The position numbers were made by a program, and so were the translations under genes. The notes under the pieces are model-generated. The model searched no databases and was not told the DNA's origin. It saw only the letters and a program-made list of their open reading frames with translations. A DNA stretch of 64,000 nucleotides from Vitrella brassicaformis CCMP3155 (Eukaryota; Protista; Chromerida): the NCBI GenBank assembly GCA_001179505.1, contig CDMY01000299.1, forward strand, positions 1-64,000. Direction: 5' to 3'. Positions 59,301-64,000 of the stretch are shown here, one piece after another (the stretch's first letter is position 1; each line of letters starts with the position of its first letter).

Positions 59301-60407
59301 GAGTGTGCTGTGTTCGGTGTGGATGTGCAGTCGAATGTGGAGTTGGGTGAGCGATTGTTTGCGGAGATGTTGAGTGTGAGCGTCAAGCCGACGGCCGTGA
59401 CCTTCTCCATCCTGGTCAAGCTGTACGGCAAGGCCCGCATGCTGGACAAGGCATTCCAGGTATACACATACCATACACCGCCGCATACACACAATGATGG
59501 GAGTCTGCATGTGTGTGTGTGTGTGTGTGTGCAGATGATTGACGACATGGAGATGAAGTTCCACCTGCGCCCGTCGGTGCTCGTCTACACATCGCTCATA
59601 CAAGCGTGCATCCGCAACAGACAGGTGGGGTACCTCCCTCCCCTCCCCTCCCTAACCATGACCCATCCATCCATCCATCCATGTGTGTGTGCCTGTCAGG
59701 TCAAGCGTGCGCTGGAGGTGTTCGACACGATGAACCGCAAGGGCGAGCGCGGCGACGGCGTCACGTTCGGCACCCTCATCAACGGGTGCGTGTACGCCCT
59801 GCACTTCGACGCCGCCATCGACCTCATTCAACAGGCCGCTAACCAGGGCATCAAGGTGCGTTGATACCGCCACCACCACCCCCCACACACACGTGAGCAT
59901 CTCTGTGTTTGTGCGTGTGTTGGGTGAATCCATTGGCAGGTGCCGACGGAGGTGGCGAACAACCTGCTGGGGGCTGTGTTGCGGAAGGGCCAGGAGCACA
60001 AGTACGGCCCCACGCTGCTGTCGCTGATGCACCAGCTGCACATCCCCGTCCAGCCCAAGCTGCGCGAGCAGTGCGGGCCCAACATGATGCCGCCCCCACA
60101 TGCCAACACGCAATACCCCATCCAGCCCCACACGCCCAACAACCACAGCAACAACCGCCACAACCACAGCAACAACAACCAGGCCTTCATGCGCTTCCCG
60201 CCCCCGCCGCCGCCCAGCCGCTCCAACCGGCCCTTCCGCCACCACAACGAGGGCGGGTACGGCGGGGGGTTTGGCAACCACAACAGCAGCAACTACAACA
60301 GCAGCAACTACAACAGCAGCAACTACAACAGCAGCAGCGGCAGCAGCAGCAGGGGCATGGGTGCGCGTTCGGACAACTGGCGGTGGCGCGAGCCCAACGA
60401 CATGTAG
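56399..60407 (+). CDS. P-type pentatricopeptide repeat protein with hydrophobic N-terminus and Asn/Ser-rich C-tail
   Basis: More than 12 35-aa repeats, e.g. PNDISYNTVIDAAVRSKRLDEAWGLVLEM, PDDIVFNTLLNGC, PTAVTFSILVKLYGKARMLDKAF. Confidence 0.95.
60276..60335 (+). repeat. 4 x 15-nt coding repeat, N(H/Y)NSS
   Basis: aaccacaacagcagc followed by aactacaacagcagc x3. Confidence 0.95.
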
Positions 60408-63400
60408 ATCTAGACAGACAGCCATGTAGATCTAGACAGATGTGTAGAGAGGGAGGGAGGGAGGGAGGGAGGGAGAGACTGGGTGGGTGACGGGAGGGGA
60501 CGGATTACTGTGTGTAGAGGGTTTTTTGAGTCCTGTCGTGTGAGTGAGTCCTTGTAGAGTGAGGGAATGGAGCGCGGGGCATCTGTGCAGAGGGATGGGG
60601 GTCACTTGCTCCCACTGCTGACCTTAGAGAGATACCCTGCGAGGGTGATTGATTGATTCACTGGCTGAGGTGCCTGATGGCGTCCGTCGTGTGTATATTG
60701 TGTGTGCTGCTCGCTACTTACTTTCGAAGAAAGGCAGATAGGCGACCGGCAAAGATGGCGAGAGGGAGGGCTCGGCGGGCGAGTGGGAGGGCGCAGCCCA
60801 GCCGTGTAGCTACCGACCAATGAAATGAAGTTAGAGAGGAGAGGAGAGACAAAGGAGGGGTGGGTGCAAACACCGACTGATGTGGAGCTTCTCTCGCCAC
60901 CCAGCCAAGCGGCGAACGACAGCTTAGACAGTAGCTGTGTCGGTCGGTCGGTCGGTCGGTCAACGTAGAGAGGAGGGGAGGGGTGTGACAGAGGGTGGAC
61001 TACGCTATGCAGCGATGGCCGTCCGTCTGCTGCGGCGGCGGCCGTCGTGTCTTTTTCCGCGCGCCGAAGGCTCGTGCCACTGGCTGCGTGCGTGTGTCTC
61101 CCTCTTTGTGGTCTATAGAGTCAAGGCTTTCAAGTAGCGAGCGACAGACACCACACACGCACCGACCCGCAGAGAGAGCCGATGACCCGAGGTGGCGAGT
61201 GATGTGTTTTGCGTGCCTGTTGTGTGTGTGCCCCAACGTTCGGTCGATTCCATCCAGAGGCAGGGCGATGACACACACACACGAGTGCGGATGTGCTGGT
61301 AGAGATGGCTGCGGGTGGCACGGTATGGCTGGAGTGTGTCTGCGTATGCAATGCTGCCACTCGCCGTTTTCTATCCTATGCTGCCAGGGGAGGGGCTGTC
61401 CTGTACGGCAATCTATCTCGGCCTTAGCGTGTGCCTTTTCGGTGTCGACATGGACGGAGGATGGCATAATCGACACACTCCTCAATCCACTGGTGCCCGC
61501 CGCCGTCATGGTCAGCACTGAGGCAGACACCGGAGAGAACGGATGGATGGATATGGATGAGGGAGAGAGGGAGGAGGGGTGGAGGGGGGGCCTTCGATGG
61601 AAATGACAGGTGTGCGTGCCGTGCCGTCCATATGATTGTTCTCACCCTTGTGGCTGTATTCGAGCGACCCTCGTGGGGGTGGAGGCTGTTCCCAATCACG
61701 TGTGAGCACGCTGACGTGGGCGGGAATTGCTTCCACCATGCGAACGTCGTTCGAATGCAGCCGTGAGGGACGAATAAGTGGATGGTCGACAGGGATGGCT
61801 GCGTACACACAGACAGACAGACAGCATCGCTGGTTTAGGCAGACATATGCGCATTCGCGCGACCGAGTGAGTTGGTGAGTGAGTGGACCTGTACAGACAA
61901 ATGCCGCTCACGTGGCAACGGGCCGCTTCCCCACGCGAGCGAGCCCCACTGGTAGCCGTAGACACAGGCAGGCAGGCAGGCAGGCACGCCCCTGCATCTC
62001 TCTCTTGTAACTCTCTCGAACGTCCCTGAGACAGCATGTGCATAGCGGGGCGGGCGGGAGGGTGTCACCGTTTCTATGATTGCCGCGCGATTTTGGTTTT
62101 AGTGTCTGTCTGTCTGTTGTGTTTGCGCCAAGGCGCTACGTTTGCTTTTCGAGCGCTTTTCGACGAGGTAGGCAGGCAGGCATGTCGCATTAGCCGGCTG
62201 CAGGCAAAAAGGGACTCCCATCCATCCATCCACCCACCACAGACGGTGGTTTTGGTAGATAGCGTGTACAGAAAGACAGAGTGGCGTCGCCGACCTGCCA
62301 TGGGTGGTGGCCGGCTGCTTTTTACCCATCGCTGTGTTGACCTAAAAGCATCGCACACATCCTGGCAGAATGCGTGGCGGCTTACATGATGGTGTGCATC
62401 TTGTATTGTGTACGTCGGTGGGGTGGATGGGACAATGAACTATAGCGCATACATCCACGAAGCACCTAGTGATGAACGTATCGACATGTAAGAATGCAGC
62501 ATCAGTGCCACCGGCCGCCACCATTGGCCCACGCGCATTACAGACACCCCACACAAGGTCAGCTTCCCACGATAGGCAATCTGCACAAATCCCCTTACCG
62601 CCAGCTAATGACCAGGCCGCAGGCCACCTGACCACACCCATCGACTATGTCTCCATTCGGCCAAACAGTGTGTCTTGACGTGTAGCTGTAGCCGTCTGGT
62701 GTCTTTCCATTTCGCAATGTCTTCGTTGACAGCTCCTCAATCTGACGTGTCGCCGACCAGTCAGCTCGGCGACACGTCAACCGATCAAGGGAGAGACCCT
62801 CCCGGATAGCACTGAGTGGCCAGTGGGTGTGTGTGTGTGTACGGTTTCATCAGACTTGAGTGGATGTTAAGGTGGGTGGAGGTCATCGCATAACTCAATA
62901 CATAGCACCGAGTCCCACCGCAAGTACGAGTACAAAGTCATTCGACGCATGTGTGTCCTGTCAGACAGAGAGACTGCGATCAGAGAGAAATCGCCACCGA
63001 CTCCGTCCACCGGCTGGCCCACGTGCAGACAGACCAACAGCTATACACCCACAGACCAGCACGACACTCACTTATCCATCTGATTTAGTCTTGTTCGTCA
63101 CTCTCTGTACACGAGCAGCCCCCTCCTCACTTCATCACCAAAACGACTGTGTCCACCGACCCTCTCACTCTCTCACCCGCCCCAATGTTGGAGAAGCGAT
63201 GCACAGCGCAAAACAATGTGTCTTGAGGTGGTCGTGATTCGTCAGGCGGCAGCAGGTCACGCAAGAGGGGAGAGACGACCTCGATCCCTCCCCATTCGCG
63301 TCACCCACGCCTACTACACGAATCAACGGCCACAACACGACACAAACATCTTCAGAGAGAAAGAACCAGCAGCGACAGCAGCAGTAAGTGAGAACAGGCT

Positions 63401-64000
63401 CCTGCCCCACGCCTGACTGCCCTTCCACTGTCTCAGACACTCTGCTAATCCCCCACTTCAGCTTCAGCCGTGCTGCGATGCGCCCCGTGTGTTGGATACA
63501 TCTCTGTCTCTCTCACTCTAGGTGTGTGTGCGTGTCTGTGTGTGCGCGTGTCTGTGTGATTGCATTCAGCAAATTTAAACACGTGCACACGTGAGGCATT
63601 GAGACAGTGGACAGGACCATTTGCACGCACATCGCGGCATTTGGTGCACTCGTACTTCTGAATGAACACACAGTCACCGCACGACGTCTGCACACTGACT
63701 GCAGCAGCCATACACACACCCAGGTCGACGGCAGCAGGCAGGTCCTATAGTTCCCCACGCCACACACACAGGCAAAGAGCAAAACAAATCGATCAAATAA
63801 CAGAGAGGGAGAGAGAGGCCATACACACAAATGACTGCTGTCTGTCTATGGACACTCACACAAAACTACAATCCGACCCAACCAGCAACCGATGCGCGAA
63901 CAAGGTGTCCAATGGCGCCAAAATTGCCACGCCCGAAGGCCGACATGGCACCGACCTCTCCCTCGCCCCGTGCCTCCCTCCTCAGCCAAGACGGAGGAGA

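Noticed and set aside
5499-60435. AGATCT as a second promoter motif
   Set aside because: It occurs just as often in exons, introns and 3' regions.
121-63859. Most long six-frame ORFs rich in CVCV, THTH, LSLS or TDRQ
   Set aside because: They are read-through of microsatellite-rich introns or antisense shadows of GC-rich exons.
1-64000. tRNA, rRNA, CRISPR arrays, transposase or reverse-transcriptase ORFs
   Set aside because: None recognisable. The repeats found are microsatellites, short coding tandems or short dispersed elements.
63912-64000. Possible gene start MAPKLPRPKADM..
   Set aside because: Truncated by the window edge, with no supporting motif.

Overview
Eukaryotic, GC-rich, gene-dense scaffold. 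Introns are short (~45-115 nt, mostly GT-AG, a few GC-AG) and full of (TG)n/(CA)n/(GACA)n microsatellites. Intron style, lineage-specific families and signal+Phe plastid-type leaders suggest a chromerid alveolate such as Vitrella (inference). I built about 25 spliced gene models by hand. Recognisable genes: ATG13, plant-like cyanase, ubiquilin, SDR ending in AKL, PrsW-family membrane protease, metaxin-like, PrmA, PldB-like hydrolase, ankyrin-TM-RING E3, TBC+rhodanese and PPR. The strongest discoveries are: (1) a spliced gene at 24.3-28.1 kb fusing an N-terminal membrane anchor, an R-S-ExE ADP-ribosyltransferase and two tandem [HSP70 substrate-binding domain + SUMO-like domain] modules, with a stand-alone paralog of that module at 34.7 kb; (2) next to it, a secreted phage-tail-fibre-like protein built by exon-intron duplication, ending in a peptidase-S74/chaperone-like domain; (3) the 8-mer TGCGAGCT, seen 11 times, always just upstream of a predicted start and often 29-39 nt before the ATG. 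All domain calls come from motif recognition by eye; no searches were run.
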